64,000 nucleotides of DNA from Patescibacteria group bacterium (GCA_041656935.1 JBBACQ010000004.1:8557-72556); one strand, 5' to 3'; positions 20,374-31,269 are shown, counted from the stretch's first letter. Notes: generated by a model not told the origin, from the sequence alone. Numbers and translations: made by a program.

Positions 20374-21747
20374 CTAAGAGCAAGCGATGCTCTTTTCTAA
20401 TCGATTGATTAAATCCTTCCGAGCAATAATCTCTTGGACTCCCGATTCTATGTCTCGGAACAAAATAGTCTCTTCACTTAATTCTTTACGGCCTAAAATT
20501 AAAACAATTTTGGCCTTCAAATTTCTAGCTTCTTCTAATTGATCTTTTAATCCATCTAGATGAAAAGCCTGCTTAACATTAAATCCTTTACTTAAAAGTT
20601 CTTTAAACAAAAACATCGATTTGGCTTTAGCTGAGACATCAATCTGAGCTAAAAAGATGGCGTCCTTATCGTCTTCAATGAATAAATTATTTTCTTTAGC
20701 TTTAATTAAGGTTCTTTCAATACCGCCACTAAAACCAAGTAAAGGAATTTCTCGACCAGCTAAGCTAGAAAAAACATTGTCATATCTTCCTCCTCGTCCT
20801 AGGGTTAATTTAGGATTGGCTTCCCCATTTTTGTCAATCGGCCAAATTTCAAAAATTAAATCATTATAACAATTAAGATCTCTGGTTAGATAGGGATTAA
20901 AATTATAATTTATTTCCATTTCATCTAAAAATTCCATGGTTTTATAAAAACGAGCGCTACTCTCTTCTGATAAGAAATCAACTATTTGAGGCATCTCAGC
21001 TCTAACTTTCAAACATTCCTCTTCTTGACATTCTAACAACGATGACGGAGATTTAAAAATATTTTTTTTGCACTCATTACATAATTTGCTACGACGACCT
21101 CGTTCTTTTAAGAACTTAGAGAATTTATGAAGAAATTCTTTCTGACAATCGAAGTCTCCCATACTATTAATCTGGACCTGAACATCAATTTGCAATTCTT
21201 TAAAAATATTAAAAACTAAAAATATTAAGAAGGCATCGGAAATCGGTTTGGGATCATTTATAATGCTGAAATTAAATTGTCCGAATTGACGATAGACTCC
21301 CCCCTTAACCTTTTCTTGCCTAAAAACCGGTCCGACAGAAAAGAATTTTAGTGGACCAACTAAATTATTTAAATTTCCATGTTCTACTAAAGCCCGAACC
21401 ATTCCATGAACTAAATCTGGACGTAAGGCCATCTTTTCAACCGAAGATTGATCTACCAAGAAAAGACTTTTAATTTTATTTTTATCTAAAATCTTTTTAT
21501 AGAAAGAATAGTCTTCTAGAATTGGAGTCTCTATCTTACCAAAACTATAACAAAGAGCTGTTTCTTCTATTTTTTTAATAATCGGATTAAGAAACTTATA
21601 ATCAGACGCTAAAACATCTTTCATCCCTAAAAGACGAGAAAATTTCTTGGAAGAAAAAACCTTAGGGGCAGTTTTTAACTTCTTACTTTTGTTGATATTA
21701 TTAGGTTTAGAATTGGTTTTGTTTTTAACATTTTTTTTTCTACCCAT
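20374..21747 (-). CDS. Histidyl-tRNA synthetase-like protein with degenerate motifs
   Basis: GMKD, IETPILE, LRPD, GPVFRQE, GGRYD, GIER and an anticodon-binding domain, but RGLDYY is replaced by RDLNCY. Confidence 0.75.
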   Translation of the reverse strand: MGRKKNVKNKTNSKPNNINKSKKLKTAPKVFSSKKFSRLLGMKDVLASDYKFLNPIIKKIEETALCYSFGKIETPILEDYSFYKKILDKNKIKSLFLVDQSSVEKMALRPDLVHGMVRALVEHGNLNNLVGPLKFFSVGPVFRQEKVKGGVYRQFGQFNFSIINDPKPISDAFLIFLVFNIFKELQIDVQVQINSMGDFDCQKEFLHKFSKFLKERGRRSKLCNECKKNIFKSPSSLLECQEEECLKVRAEMPQIVDFLSEESSARFYKTMEFLDEMEINYNFNPYLTRDLNCYNDLIFEIWPIDKNGEANPKLTLGRGGRYDNVFSSLAGREIPLLGFSGGIERTLIKAKENNLFIEDDKDAIFLAQIDVSAKAKSMFLFKELLSKGFNVKQAFHLDGLKDQLEEARNLKAKIVLILGRKELSEETILFRDIESGVQEIIARKDLINRLEKSIACS

Positions 21748-21753
21748 ATAGTT

Positions 21754-22323
21754 TTAGTTAATATAATTAGTATTATAAAAATTGTGATATTTAAAAAGAG
21801 TGAAACGATTAAAAGGCCATCCACGAAGCAAAACTCTTCCGGTAATAAAACTTCTATTTAAAGGACCGAAAGTTCTGGAATCTTTAGAAGCATAACGATT
21901 ATCTCCTAAAACGAAAAACTCATTTTCTTTTAAAGTTGTGTTCTCATCTTCTATGCTATAGGTTTTAATTGTATCGGATAAATAAGCACTCTCGACTAAT
22001 TTAAATCCTTCGGGGTTTTCTCGATTAAAAATGAAAATATCGCCGTCGATCATTTCAATAGTTTCTCCGGGTAGAGCAATAATTCTTTTTATAAAATATT
22101 CTTGAGGATTTTGTGGATAACGAAAGACAATGATATCTCCTCTTTCCGGATCACTAAAACGATAAGATATTTCATCAATGATTAAATATTCATGGTCATG
22201 GAAGGTTGGCTCCATAGAAGCTCCCTTAACATAAAAAGGTTGAATTATGAAATATCTAATGGGTAAAATTATTACTAAAGACACCACAACTATTTTAATA
22301 AAGTCCAAAAAGTTTCTCAACAT
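21754..22323 (-). CDS. lepB: Signal peptidase I
   Basis: GASMEPT, FIKRIIALPGE, GDNRYASKDSR. Confidence 0.95.
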   Translation of the reverse strand: MLRNFLDFIKIVVVSLVIILPIRYFIIQPFYVKGASMEPTFHDHEYLIIDEISYRFSDPERGDIIVFRYPQNPQEYFIKRIIALPGETIEMIDGDIFIFNRENPEGFKLVESAYLSDTIKTYSIEDENTTLKENEFFVLGDNRYASKDSRTFGPLNRSFITGRVLLRGWPFNRFTLFKYHNFYNTNYIN

Positions 22324-22415
22324 AAAATTTAAAAAAATTTAGACGAACAGATAAGTTCGAGAAAATAAATAATTATTTATTTATACTTATAAAATAGCAA
22401 AAAATAGATTAAAAA

Positions 22416-23546
22416 TCAAATAATAAACATGGCGTCACCATAACTAAAGAATCTGTATTTTTCATTTATAGCTTCCTGATAAATTTCTAAAGTTTTTTCT
22501 CGACCAATTAAAGCGCTAATTAGGACAATTAAACTAGATTGGGGAAGATGAAAGTTAGTTATTAAACCATCAACCATCTGGAATTTAAAGCCAGGATAGA
22601 TGAAAATGTTGGTAGAAAAAGTAATCGGGTCAACCAATATCCCTGTCGCTCCAGCATCCCTTTTTTTGTCACTCCAATAAAAACTGGAACCAGCGCTCCC
22701 TTGGGCAAGACTCTCCAGTATCCGAACCGAAGTAGTGCCGACAGCAATAATGCGACGACCCTCTTTTTTAGCTTCGATTATTTTCAGTAAAACTTCTTGA
22801 GAAACTTCCGCCTCTTCACTGTGCATCTGATGGTCTAAAATATTCTCGGTTTTAATTGGCGAAAATGTTCCTAAACCCACATGCAAAGTCCCCTCTAATA
22901 TTTCTATACCCTTGCTCTTTATTTTTTTTAAAAGTTCATCGGTAAAATGAAGGCCAGCTGTTGGCACAGCTGACGAACCGATTTTATCATCCTGAGCATA
23001 AACCGTTTGATAATTTTTGATATCATTTTGATTTCGCTCTTCTCTTTTAATATAAGGCGGTAATGGCGTCCAACCAATTTTTTCTATTATTTTTAAAAAA
23101 TCCTGATAATTTTTATTGAAAATTACTTGGCGCACCCCATTATTATCATTATTATCGTTTTTATCATCGCCAAAAATCTGTTCATCATTTTTTATAATTG
23201 TAGCTATCAAATTATCTGGCAAAACCAATTCTGCCCCATCCTTAACTCGTCCACCAATCAAGCACTGCCAAATATTTTTTTCCTGACTAATATTTTTTAA
23301 TAAAAATATTTCTACTTCTCCCCCAGTTTTCTTGTGAGCTTTAAGACGCGCTGAAAAAACTTTAGAATTATTGACGAACAAAACATCCCCAGGGTTCAGA
23401 TAATCAACAATATCGTAAAATTTCTGATGATTAATTTTTTGGGTTCGACGATTGTAAATTAAAAGACGGGAATGATCCCGTGGGCTAACTGGCTCCTGAG
23501 CAATTAGATCGGAGGGCAGATTGTAATTAAAATCGGAGAGTTTCAT
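22416..23546 (-). CDS. queA: S-adenosylmethionine:tRNA ribosyltransferase-isomerase
   Basis: PLPPYIKR, YQTVYA, PTAGLHF, TNFHLP, YRFFSYGDAM. Confidence 0.95.
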   Translation of the reverse strand: MKLSDFNYNLPSDLIAQEPVSPRDHSRLLIYNRRTQKINHQKFYDIVDYLNPGDVLFVNNSKVFSARLKAHKKTGGEVEIFLLKNISQEKNIWQCLIGGRVKDGAELVLPDNLIATIIKNDEQIFGDDKNDNNDNNGVRQVIFNKNYQDFLKIIEKIGWTPLPPYIKREERNQNDIKNYQTVYAQDDKIGSSAVPTAGLHFTDELLKKIKSKGIEILEGTLHVGLGTFSPIKTENILDHQMHSEEAEVSQEVLLKIIEAKKEGRRIIAVGTTSVRILESLAQGSAGSSFYWSDKKRDAGATGILVDPITFSTNIFIYPGFKFQMVDGLITNFHLPQSSLIVLISALIGREKTLEIYQEAINEKYRFFSYGDAMFII

Positions 23547-24658
23547 TAAGTAATAAAATCTAAATAATTATTTTTATTTACCGAATTAAATTCAACATTA
23601 TTATAGTTTTCTAAAAAATCTTTTGGCAAATCCTTTTTAATCTTATTCCATTTAAACTCAAAAGCATAAATTTTCCCATCCCTGTCTTCTATTAAGTCTA
23701 TTTCTTTGCCCTCATAATTTCTCCAGAAATAATAATTATTTACTAAATTATCTTTCTTATTTTTTTCGATAACCAAAAAATTTTCAAAAAGAGCTCCAAT
23801 ATCATCTCTATTATCCAAAGAGTTAAATTGAGAAATCAGAGCATTTCTAATTCCATTATCTAAAAAATAATATTTTGATTTAGTATTTATTTCGTTTCTC
23901 ATGTTCCTGCTAAAACCGCTTAAACTTTTAATAACAAATCCTTTTTCTAAAATATCTAAATATCTGTCTACTGTTTTAACATCCAGGGAAACTTTTTGAG
24001 CTAATTCATTCAAAGAAACCAAATTCCCAACCTGAAAAGCTAACAGCTTTAAAAGATTAAGAAGTTTTTTACTAAATTTTATTTTATCTAATTTTAAAAT
24101 ATCTTTCAATAAATAAGAATCAACTAATTCATTTAATAGTGCCACCTTCTCTTCTTTATTTTTGGCCAAAACAACATCTGGGTAAGAACCAAAAATAAGG
24201 AAATCTTCTAATTTTTCTTTTAATTCATACTTATTATACAAGGTAAGCAATTCTGATTGAGAAAATGGATAAAGCGTTATAGTTTTTTTTCTTCCGGTTA
24301 AGGGTTCACCAATTTCTTGAGATAATTCAAAAGATGAGGACCCTGTTACTAAAACATAAATATCCTTTACCTGATCAACTATTATTTTTAAAGCCTTCCC
24401 AATGTTTTTTATTTCTTGAGCCTCGTCAATAACAATTAAATCATAACCATCGACATATTCTTTTATTTTTTTAAAATCTAAGGAGTTTAATAATTTCTGC
24501 AATCTTATATTTTCTCCATTGTCTAGCTTATATTTTAAATCGGTTTTTTCTAAAAAAATATTTAGAAGAGTTGTTTTTCCAACTCTTCTTGGACCATAAA
24601 CAATAACAACTTTATTTTTTTGTAATATTTTATTTAAATCAAACTTCCTAGAAATCAT
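23546..24658 (-). CDS. AAA_14 ATPase with wHTH and DUF4143 PD-(D/E)XK-like C-terminus
   Basis: GPRRVGKTT, IDEAQ, TGSS, GSYP, KYYFLDNG, EIDLI..AFEFKW. Start placed at 24658 because the 24685 ATG abuts the -10 box. Confidence 0.85.
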   Translation of the reverse strand: MISRKFDLNKILQKNKVVIVYGPRRVGKTTLLNIFLEKTDLKYKLDNGENIRLQKLLNSLDFKKIKEYVDGYDLIVIDEAQEIKNIGKALKIIVDQVKDIYVLVTGSSSFELSQEIGEPLTGRKKTITLYPFSQSELLTLYNKYELKEKLEDFLIFGSYPDVVLAKNKEEKVALLNELVDSYLLKDILKLDKIKFSKKLLNLLKLLAFQVGNLVSLNELAQKVSLDVKTVDRYLDILEKGFVIKSLSGFSRNMRNEINTKSKYYFLDNGIRNALISQFNSLDNRDDIGALFENFLVIEKNKKDNLVNNYYFWRNYEGKEIDLIEDRDGKIYAFEFKWNKIKKDLPKDFLENYNNVEFNSVNKNNYLDFIT

Positions 24659-24686
24659 AAATATATTATTAAGATTTAATATCATT

Positions 24687-24740
24687 ATTATAGCTCAAAT
24701 CCATAAATTTGTCAAATTTTATGGAGTAGCACTCCATAAA
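24687..24740 (-). promoter_or_regulatory. TTGACA-N17-TATAAT promoter with adjacent palindromic operator
   Basis: -35 at 24710-24715, -10 at 24687-24692; TTTATGGAGT-AGC-ACTCCATAAA at 24718-24740. Confidence 0.75.
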
Positions 24741-24782
24741 TTAGGTTAAATTTATTCTTTTGTCTTAAGATTTAAAATTACC

Positions 24783-25793
24783 CTATTCGCTCAATTTAGG
24801 CTTAAAGCCTAAATGTTTAAAGGCCTGCTCAGTGGCTAAACGACCTCGGGGAGAGCGATCTAGGAAGCCGATTTGCATTAAATAAGGTTCGTAAACATCT
24901 TCAATGGTAGCCATATCTTCTCCGGTTGAGGCCGCCAAAGTATTCAAACCCACTGGCCCCCCACCAAATTTCTCAATAATAGTATTTAATATTTTTCTAT
25001 CAACATAATCTAAACCATACTCATCAATATTTAAAACTTCAAAAGATTTTAGGCAAATATCCTTATCGATTACTCCCCGACCTTCAACTTGAGAAAAATC
25101 ACGAACGCGTTTTAATAAGCGATTAGCAATACGAGGAGTCCGACGAGAACGATGAGAAATTAATTTGCTGGCCTCTTCATCAATTTCAATATTTAAAATT
25201 CCGGCACTACGATTCACAATTTGTTCAATATCACCAACATTATAAAAATCTAAATGATGAATAATGCCAAATCTATCACGCAGTGGAGCTGATAACATAC
25301 TGGCTTTAGTAGTTGCTCCGATGATGGTAAATTTTGGTAAATCCAAGCGCAAGGTTCGAGCTCCCGGGCCCTTACCCATTATTAAATCTAAGGCGTAATC
25401 CTCCATGGCTGGATATAAAATCTCTTCAATAGTTTTATTAAGTCGATGAATTTCATCAATAAATAAAATATCACCTTCGCTGAGATTGGTTAAAATAGCC
25501 GCCAAGTCTCCGCTTCTTTCAATAGCCGGCCCAGAAGTTACTTTAATATTAGCTCCTAATTCGTTAGCCAGGACGTGAGCTAAGGTTGTTTTACCTAATC
25601 CTGGAGCTCCATAAAACAAAACATGCTCAATTGGTTCATTACGCTTTAAGGCTGCCTTAATGGTAATATTTAAATTGGTCTTAACGCTATCTTGGCCAAT
25701 ATATTCGCTAAAGGACTTGGGACGTAAACTCAAATCAAAAGCCTGATCGTTATTTGTTTCTACTGGACTAATTATTCTATCTTCATTATCCAT
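24783..25793 (-). CDS. ruvB: Holliday junction helicase RuvB
   Basis: [41 protein letters not shown]. Confidence 0.97.
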   Translation of the reverse strand: MDNEDRIISPVETNNDQAFDLSLRPKSFSEYIGQDSVKTNLNITIKAALKRNEPIEHVLFYGAPGLGKTTLAHVLANELGANIKVTSGPAIERSGDLAAILTNLSEGDILFIDEIHRLNKTIEEILYPAMEDYALDLIMGKGPGARTLRLDLPKFTIIGATTKASMLSAPLRDRFGIIHHLDFYNVGDIEQIVNRSAGILNIEIDEEASKLISHRSRRTPRIANRLLKRVRDFSQVEGRGVIDKDICLKSFEVLNIDEYGLDYVDRKILNTIIEKFGGGPVGLNTLAASTGEDMATIEDVYEPYLMQIGFLDRSPRGRLATEQAFKHLGFKPKLSE

Positions 25794-25877
25794 ATTATAT
25801 TTATAAAATAAATTATTAACACTCTAAACAGCACCGCTGTTCCTATATAATAACACTATAATTGGCTTCAAACAACC

Positions 25878-26053
25878 TTGACATTATATTTTAAATATGA
25901 TAATATCGACCATTAAAACTAGTTCCTTGAAAACAATCTTTTTTCATTTTAATAACGGTAATATTAGGTTAATTATTTAATTTATTTAATTAGGAAAATT
26001 TAGATAAATTAAATAATTAACTTAATATCTAACCTCTAAAAAAATGAAATGAA
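25878..26053 (+). promoter_or_regulatory. Orphan-cassette leader: promoter, boxA-like motif, 29-bp hairpin, TAACCTCTAAAA
   Basis: TTGACA 25878, TG-n-TAATAT 25901, GTTCCTTGAAAA 25922, stem 25961-25989/26000-26028. Confidence 0.7.
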
Positions 26054-26911
26054 ATGAAAGAAGTTAAAAAAATTGTTCAAAATTATTTCTTGTCTTTTAG
26101 CGAAGGAACGGGAGCTGGTCATGGTCTTGTTTTTTATTGTCTTTTTTTATTTGCATTATTTATTTTTATTTTTTCACTCCCCTTAACGGAATGCTTGTGT
26201 GATCCCTTCTATAAAACATTCGGAATTATAGCTGGGTCAATCGCTTTTGGCTTCCCTATAGTGAGCTACCTATTGTGCAAAATAACAAGTCGCAAATTTA
26301 TTTCAGTCCCACCAGAAAAAAGAAGTTGTCACGATAGTGCGCTTCTCTTAGTGAGAGACGAGCAGGTCATCTCTAGAATAGGCGTGGCCTTCGGTTATCA
26401 AGAGGAAAAAATAAATCTCCAGAAGCCAATCTGGAAAAAAGGAATAATTTACCAAATAGTCACCGGCTGGAAGGGAGTTGCTTATTGGCACTATTCGAAA
26501 AACGATGAAAATGGAAATACGGAAGATGTATTTGTTATTGAAACCGAAGTTTCGGGCCGACACAAAAACTCCACAATTACAATCCCCGTAAAAATAAAAA
26601 TTTACACAGGAGAAGAATTCGATCCGATTGAAGTTTTTAACAAAATCTCCCCTGGCCCAAAGGAAACTACTATACTCCTCGGGAAGTATCTCCAAGATTT
26701 TTTCGTTAGAATAAACGAAAAAAATCAGGAAGGAATCCAAAAATTAATAACCGAATATGCTGAAATGAAAATTTCTGATTCGGTTTTAATGAGTGAGATA
26801 GTTGATCTCCTAATTTTCCCGGAAAAACTATTTTCCAACATTGAAGATGTCCAGATATGTTTGGACACTCCAATAACCACTTCCTGCAAGGGAATGGTCT
26901 GCGGAAAATAA
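26054..26911 (+). CDS. Hypothetical protein with two N-terminal TM segments (orphan)
   Basis: 285-aa ORF with its own promoter and terminator; no family recognised. Confidence 0.7.
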   Translation: MKEVKKIVQNYFLSFSEGTGAGHGLVFYCLFLFALFIFIFSLPLTECLCDPFYKTFGIIAGSIAFGFPIVSYLLCKITSRKFISVPPEKRSCHDSALLLVRDEQVISRIGVAFGYQEEKINLQKPIWKKGIIYQIVTGWKGVAYWHYSKNDENGNTEDVFVIETEVSGRHKNSTITIPVKIKIYTGEEFDPIEVFNKISPGPKETTILLGKYLQDFFVRINEKNQEGIQKLITEYAEMKISDSVLMSEIVDLLIFPEKLFSNIEDVQICLDTPITTSCKGMVCGK

Positions 26912-26991
26912 CAAAAAATCGGGGAAACCTAAAGGAAGCCAACCAGCTTCCTTTTTTATTTATTCGAAATAAATCAATATTAAATAATCTT

Positions 26992-29940
26992 TTACTCCCG
27001 AAATTCACAAATTCCCTTAAAATCACAATAACCACAATTGAAAGACGAGGGCTTAGGAATAAACTCTCTCTTCTCTATTTCTAAAATACTATTTAATAAC
27101 CACTCCTCCATTTTTTCAATATCCTTATCTTTAGCAGAAAAGCTTAATTTACTGCCATCCTCTAAATAATAATAGGTAAGCTTATCAATTTTAATCCCAA
27201 AAGAAGCTTCCGCTACTATTTTGTATAAAACCAATTGCCGTTTATCACCAACTTCTAATTTTTCTTTAGCCGACCCCGTCTTGTAATCAATAATCTCAAA
27301 ACTACCGTCGGCTAATTTATCAACTCGATCAATTTTACCTTTAATAAAATAATCTTTAAATTTAAAACGAAAATCTTTTTCTAAAAAATAGACCTTCGGC
27401 AAATCTTCAGCCATTAAATCTTGAAAGAATTTTTTCAATAATTTTAATCCTTTCTGCCGATAATCATCTGAGACTTTTTTACTACCATACCCCTCGTCCC
27501 GCCAAAACTTTTCATACCAGCCCAATAATTTTTCTTCACTTAAATATTTTCCTAAATCTTTTTTCTTATTAATTTCCGTCAACAAACCGTCCGATATATT
27601 ATTGTTACTAATAATTGGCAATAAGAAATTATATAAAGTATCATGGATAACTCGCCCAAAAGCTAAACTAGGTTTGTCTTCAGAAGATGGAATTTTTAAA
27701 ATATGTGCATACTTATATTGCAAAGGACATTTATCAAAGGCAGCAAACTGAGAAAAAGAAAAATGAGCTGGCAATTTATATTTTTCTATCTCTTTTTTAA
27801 TCTCTGGTTTTTGTTCAACTGTTTTTCTTAAGTCCTTCATAAACTCTAATTCCGAAAAATTAATTTCCTTTACCTCTTCTAAATTAACCTTAGCCTCAGC
27901 TAAAAAAGCTGACGGTCTTTTATCACGAGCTCCTCCGTAATTTTTAGCAGAGGTTAAAAACAAACTTTCTTTAGCTCGAGTCATGGCCACATAAAATAAT
28001 CGCCTTTCTTCTTCAATATGAAAATTATCACTAAACTCTGTTTTTTCTTTTATTAATTCAAGGGCTAAAGGAATTTTTTCCGACCGCGAATCACTAGGAA
28101 AACGACGTTCTACTAAATCAACCAAGAAAACATGCTTAAACTCTAAACCCTTAGCTGAGTGCACCGTCATAACCTTAACTGTATCAACATCAACAAAATC
28201 ATTTTTTAATTCTCCCGCTTCTCCCGCTTCTAACTCAAAATTTAATAGCTCAATAAAATCCTTTAAGCGTAAATCTTCCCCACCTTCCTCAAACTTTTTT
28301 ATTTTTTGATAAAATTGATTGATATAAGAAAAAATTTCTCGATCCTTTTCGTGATGTAAATTTTTTAAAATTTCAGCGTCATAAATAAACTTAACAAAAA
28401 TAAAACTTAATTTTTTATCGGCAACCAAGGCCCTATGGGCTTCTACTAAATTTAATAATTGGCTAATCTTGGGCAATGATTCAGAGCTAATGTCTTTTAC
28501 CTTATCAATATTTTTTAGAACTTCATATAAGGACCAGTATCTTCTCTTAGCTTCAAGATTTAAATTTATTAAATCAATATTAGGAATTTTAAACTCTTCC
28601 ATATTCAAAACTCGAAATAAGGCCGAAGATTCTTTGTAATTATCTAATAATTTAAAATAAGAAATAATATCTAAAATAATCGGTTTATGATATAAACCTC
28701 TCAAAGAAACAAAGTGATTAGGAATATTCAAACGGCTCAATTCTTTAGAAAATTTGTCAGCCGTATCATTAGTGCGACATAAAATAGCGAAATCTAGCCA
28801 ATTGGTTTCGGGGTTGGCTTCATAAATCTCTAATATCTTAGAACTAACATAACTCAATTCGTCAGAATCTGATAAAAAATTAAAAGATGAAATTGCCGGT
28901 TCTGAGCTAGAAAATTTCAAACCCGATTCTAATTTTTTATTTACCCCTAATTTCACCTCTAAACGATTGGGATTATTATTCTGAATAAAATTATAGGCTA
29001 AATCTAATATTTCCTGACGAGAACGATAATTTTTATTTAGAATAATCTCTTTAGCCTGGGGATAATCATCTTTAAACTGCATAATATTAGAAATAGAGGC
29101 TCCCCGAAACTTATAAATAGACTGGTCATCATCACCGACCACCATTAAATTATTTTTGTCCCCAGCTAGAATTTTTATTAATTCATACTGAGATAAATTA
29201 GTATCTTGAAACTCGTCCACCATTAAATATTTAAATTTTTCTCTATAAATTTTCAAAATATTAGGTCGCTCCCGAAATAATTTAATCGTATAATTTATTA
29301 GATCACCAAAATCTAAAAAATTATTATCAAAGAGTAACTTATTATATAATTTAAAAGCTCCCGCCAACTCTTCTAATCTTTCAATCTCCAATTTTTCTTC
29401 CACCCCGCCAGTTTTCTTTATTTTGTTTTTTTCTAACTTCACAAAGTCATCATATTCCGCGGGAGAAATATTTTCATCTTTTAAACGAGAAAAATGACTA
29501 AGTAATTCTTTTATAAACTTATTGGGATTCCCAGCACTATAATAATATTTTAAATTGAACAATTCTAAATTCTTTTTTATTAAAACCCACTGAGAAGTGC
29601 TGTTTAATAATTTAAAATCAGGACTTAAACCAATTTCTAAGGCCTGCTGTCGTAAAATTCGCTCTCCTAAACCATGAAAAGTGCCGATCCATAAATCAAC
29701 ATAACCATAAGGTAAAACTTTATCAGCTCGTTCTATCATTTCTCCGGCCGATTTTTCGGTAAAAGTAGTAATTAATACCTCATCAGTTTTGAAGCCTTTC
29801 TCCATTATTAGATAGGCCAAACGATTAATTAAAACTGTAGTTTTTCCAGTTCCTGCTCCCGCCACTACTAAAAGAGGCCCGTCTTCATGTTTGACGGCTG
29901 ATAATTGTTCTTTGTTTAGTTTTTTTAATTCTTCGTTCAT
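26992..29940 (-). CDS. UvrD/PcrA-like helicase fused to PD-(D/E)XK nuclease with Fe-S cysteines (AddA/AdnAB-like)
   Basis: AGAGTGKT, VDEFQD, GDDDQSIY.FRGA, TVHSAKGLEF, EERRLFYVAMTRA; C-terminal CPLQY...GKIDRVD...IIDYKTG...CGYCDFKGIC. Confidence 0.9.
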   Translation of the reverse strand: MNEELKKLNKEQLSAVKHEDGPLLVVAGAGTGKTTVLINRLAYLIMEKGFKTDEVLITTFTEKSAGEMIERADKVLPYGYVDLWIGTFHGLGERILRQQALEIGLSPDFKLLNSTSQWVLIKKNLELFNLKYYYSAGNPNKFIKELLSHFSRLKDENISPAEYDDFVKLEKNKIKKTGGVEEKLEIERLEELAGAFKLYNKLLFDNNFLDFGDLINYTIKLFRERPNILKIYREKFKYLMVDEFQDTNLSQYELIKILAGDKNNLMVVGDDDQSIYKFRGASISNIMQFKDDYPQAKEIILNKNYRSRQEILDLAYNFIQNNNPNRLEVKLGVNKKLESGLKFSSSEPAISSFNFLSDSDELSYVSSKILEIYEANPETNWLDFAILCRTNDTADKFSKELSRLNIPNHFVSLRGLYHKPIILDIISYFKLLDNYKESSALFRVLNMEEFKIPNIDLINLNLEAKRRYWSLYEVLKNIDKVKDISSESLPKISQLLNLVEAHRALVADKKLSFIFVKFIYDAEILKNLHHEKDREIFSYINQFYQKIKKFEEGGEDLRLKDFIELLNFELEAGEAGELKNDFVDVDTVKVMTVHSAKGLEFKHVFLVDLVERRFPSDSRSEKIPLALELIKEKTEFSDNFHIEEERRLFYVAMTRAKESLFLTSAKNYGGARDKRPSAFLAEAKVNLEEVKEINFSELEFMKDLRKTVEQKPEIKKEIEKYKLPAHFSFSQFAAFDKCPLQYKYAHILKIPSSEDKPSLAFGRVIHDTLYNFLLPIISNNNISDGLLTEINKKKDLGKYLSEEKLLGWYEKFWRDEGYGSKKVSDDYRQKGLKLLKKFFQDLMAEDLPKVYFLEKDFRFKFKDYFIKGKIDRVDKLADGSFEIIDYKTGSAKEKLEVGDKRQLVLYKIVAEASFGIKIDKLTYYYLEDGSKLSFSAKDKDIEKMEEWLLNSILEIEKREFIPKPSSFNCGYCDFKGICEFRE

Positions 29941-29997
29941 GTTTTTAGTGGGCCAATATCAACCCGTCAATACTAACCTATATATCATTGAAACTGA

Positions 29998-31269
29998 TTA
30001 ACTAATTTTTAAAATACTATTAACCTTCTTAACATCCTTAATATCACCAATAACTGCTAAATTTAAATTTTTATCTAGAAATAAATTTTGAGCTACTCGA
30101 CGAATATCCAATAAGGAAACTTTTTTAAATTTTTTCAAAGCTTCTTCTGGTGATAAAAAATTAGATCTTAGGGGAAACTGTCGGCCATACCAAGAACTAT
30201 AGTCATCACTTCCCTCCATACTAACCACTAATTTCCCCGATAATAAATCTTTAGCTCTTTTTAATTCCTTTCCCGAAACTAATTCCTTTTTAATTTTTTG
30301 ATATTCATTTAAAATAATTTTAATGGCCTCGAATAATTTTTCTTTTGGCACACCCGCCTGAACAGTGATATAACCACTATCAGTATAAAATTCGGTACTA
30401 GCTCGGACATAATAAGCCAATCCTCGACGTTCCCGTAATTCAATAAACAAACGAGAGCTCATTGATCCCCCTAAAATAATTGACAACAACTTTAGAACAA
30501 TCTCATCTTTATGATTGGCCGGAACCGTCCTAAAACCTAAAGATAATGTCATTTGGTCAGTTTTTTTGGTCTTTATCTTATAACTGGGTTTAGTTTGTTT
30601 TTCTACTACTTTAACTTTATCTTTATAATTATTTTTGGAAATTTTACCGAATTTTTCTTCTAAGGTTTTTTTAATTTCCCGCTCAGAAAAATTGCCTGCC
30701 AAAAATAGACCAGCACTTTTCACTCCATATTGAGTTTGAAAATATTTTATAAAATCTTCCCGTTTAAAACTAAGAACACTTTTTTTAGTTCCAATAGTGT
30801 CACGACCAGCCGGAGTGTCACCATACAAGCAATTTTCAAAAACATCTTCAATGCTCATCATGGGGTTATCTTCATACATATTCATTTCTTCAATAATCAC
30901 TCCTTTTTCCCGTTCAATTTCTTCGCTATCAAATTTAGAATTTATTAACATATCACTCAAAACATCAATCGCTATACCAATTTTATTTTGCGGAGCCTTA
31001 ACATAATAGCCGGTATATTCTTTCCCGGTAAAAGCATTAAATTCGGCTCCAATTGAATCGAGCTCCGTCGATAAGGCTAAAGTATTAGGTCTTTTTTGAG
31101 TTCCTTTAAAAAATATATGCTCTAAGAAGTGGGATAAACCAGCTGTCTTGCTATCCTCATATTTAGACCCCGTCTTATACATAATTAAAATTGTGACCGT
31201 TTTCAAATTCGGCAATTTTACTGAAAAAACGGGTAAACCGTTTTTTAATCTCATTTGTTTCATTTTCAT
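29998..31269 (-). CDS. M16 zinc peptidase
   Basis: HFLEH inverted zincin motif, NAFT, SSRLF.ELRERRGLAY. Confidence 0.92.
   Translation of the reverse strand: MKMKQMRLKNGLPVFSVKLPNLKTVTILIMYKTGSKYEDSKTAGLSHFLEHIFFKGTQKRPNTLALSTELDSIGAEFNAFTGKEYTGYYVKAPQNKIGIAIDVLSDMLINSKFDSEEIEREKGVIIEEMNMYEDNPMMSIEDVFENCLYGDTPAGRDTIGTKKSVLSFKREDFIKYFQTQYGVKSAGLFLAGNFSEREIKKTLEEKFGKISKNNYKDKVKVVEKQTKPSYKIKTKKTDQMTLSLGFRTVPANHKDEIVLKLLSIILGGSMSSRLFIELRERRGLAYYVRASTEFYTDSGYITVQAGVPKEKLFEAIKIILNEYQKIKKELVSGKELKRAKDLLSGKLVVSMEGSDDYSSWYGRQFPLRSNFLSPEEALKKFKKVSLLDIRRVAQNLFLDKNLNLAVIGDIKDVKKVNSILKIS

Noticed and set aside
24659-24685. Longer start for the AAA-DUF4143 gene
   Set aside because: That ATG lies 1 nt from the -10 box, upstream of the expected TSS.
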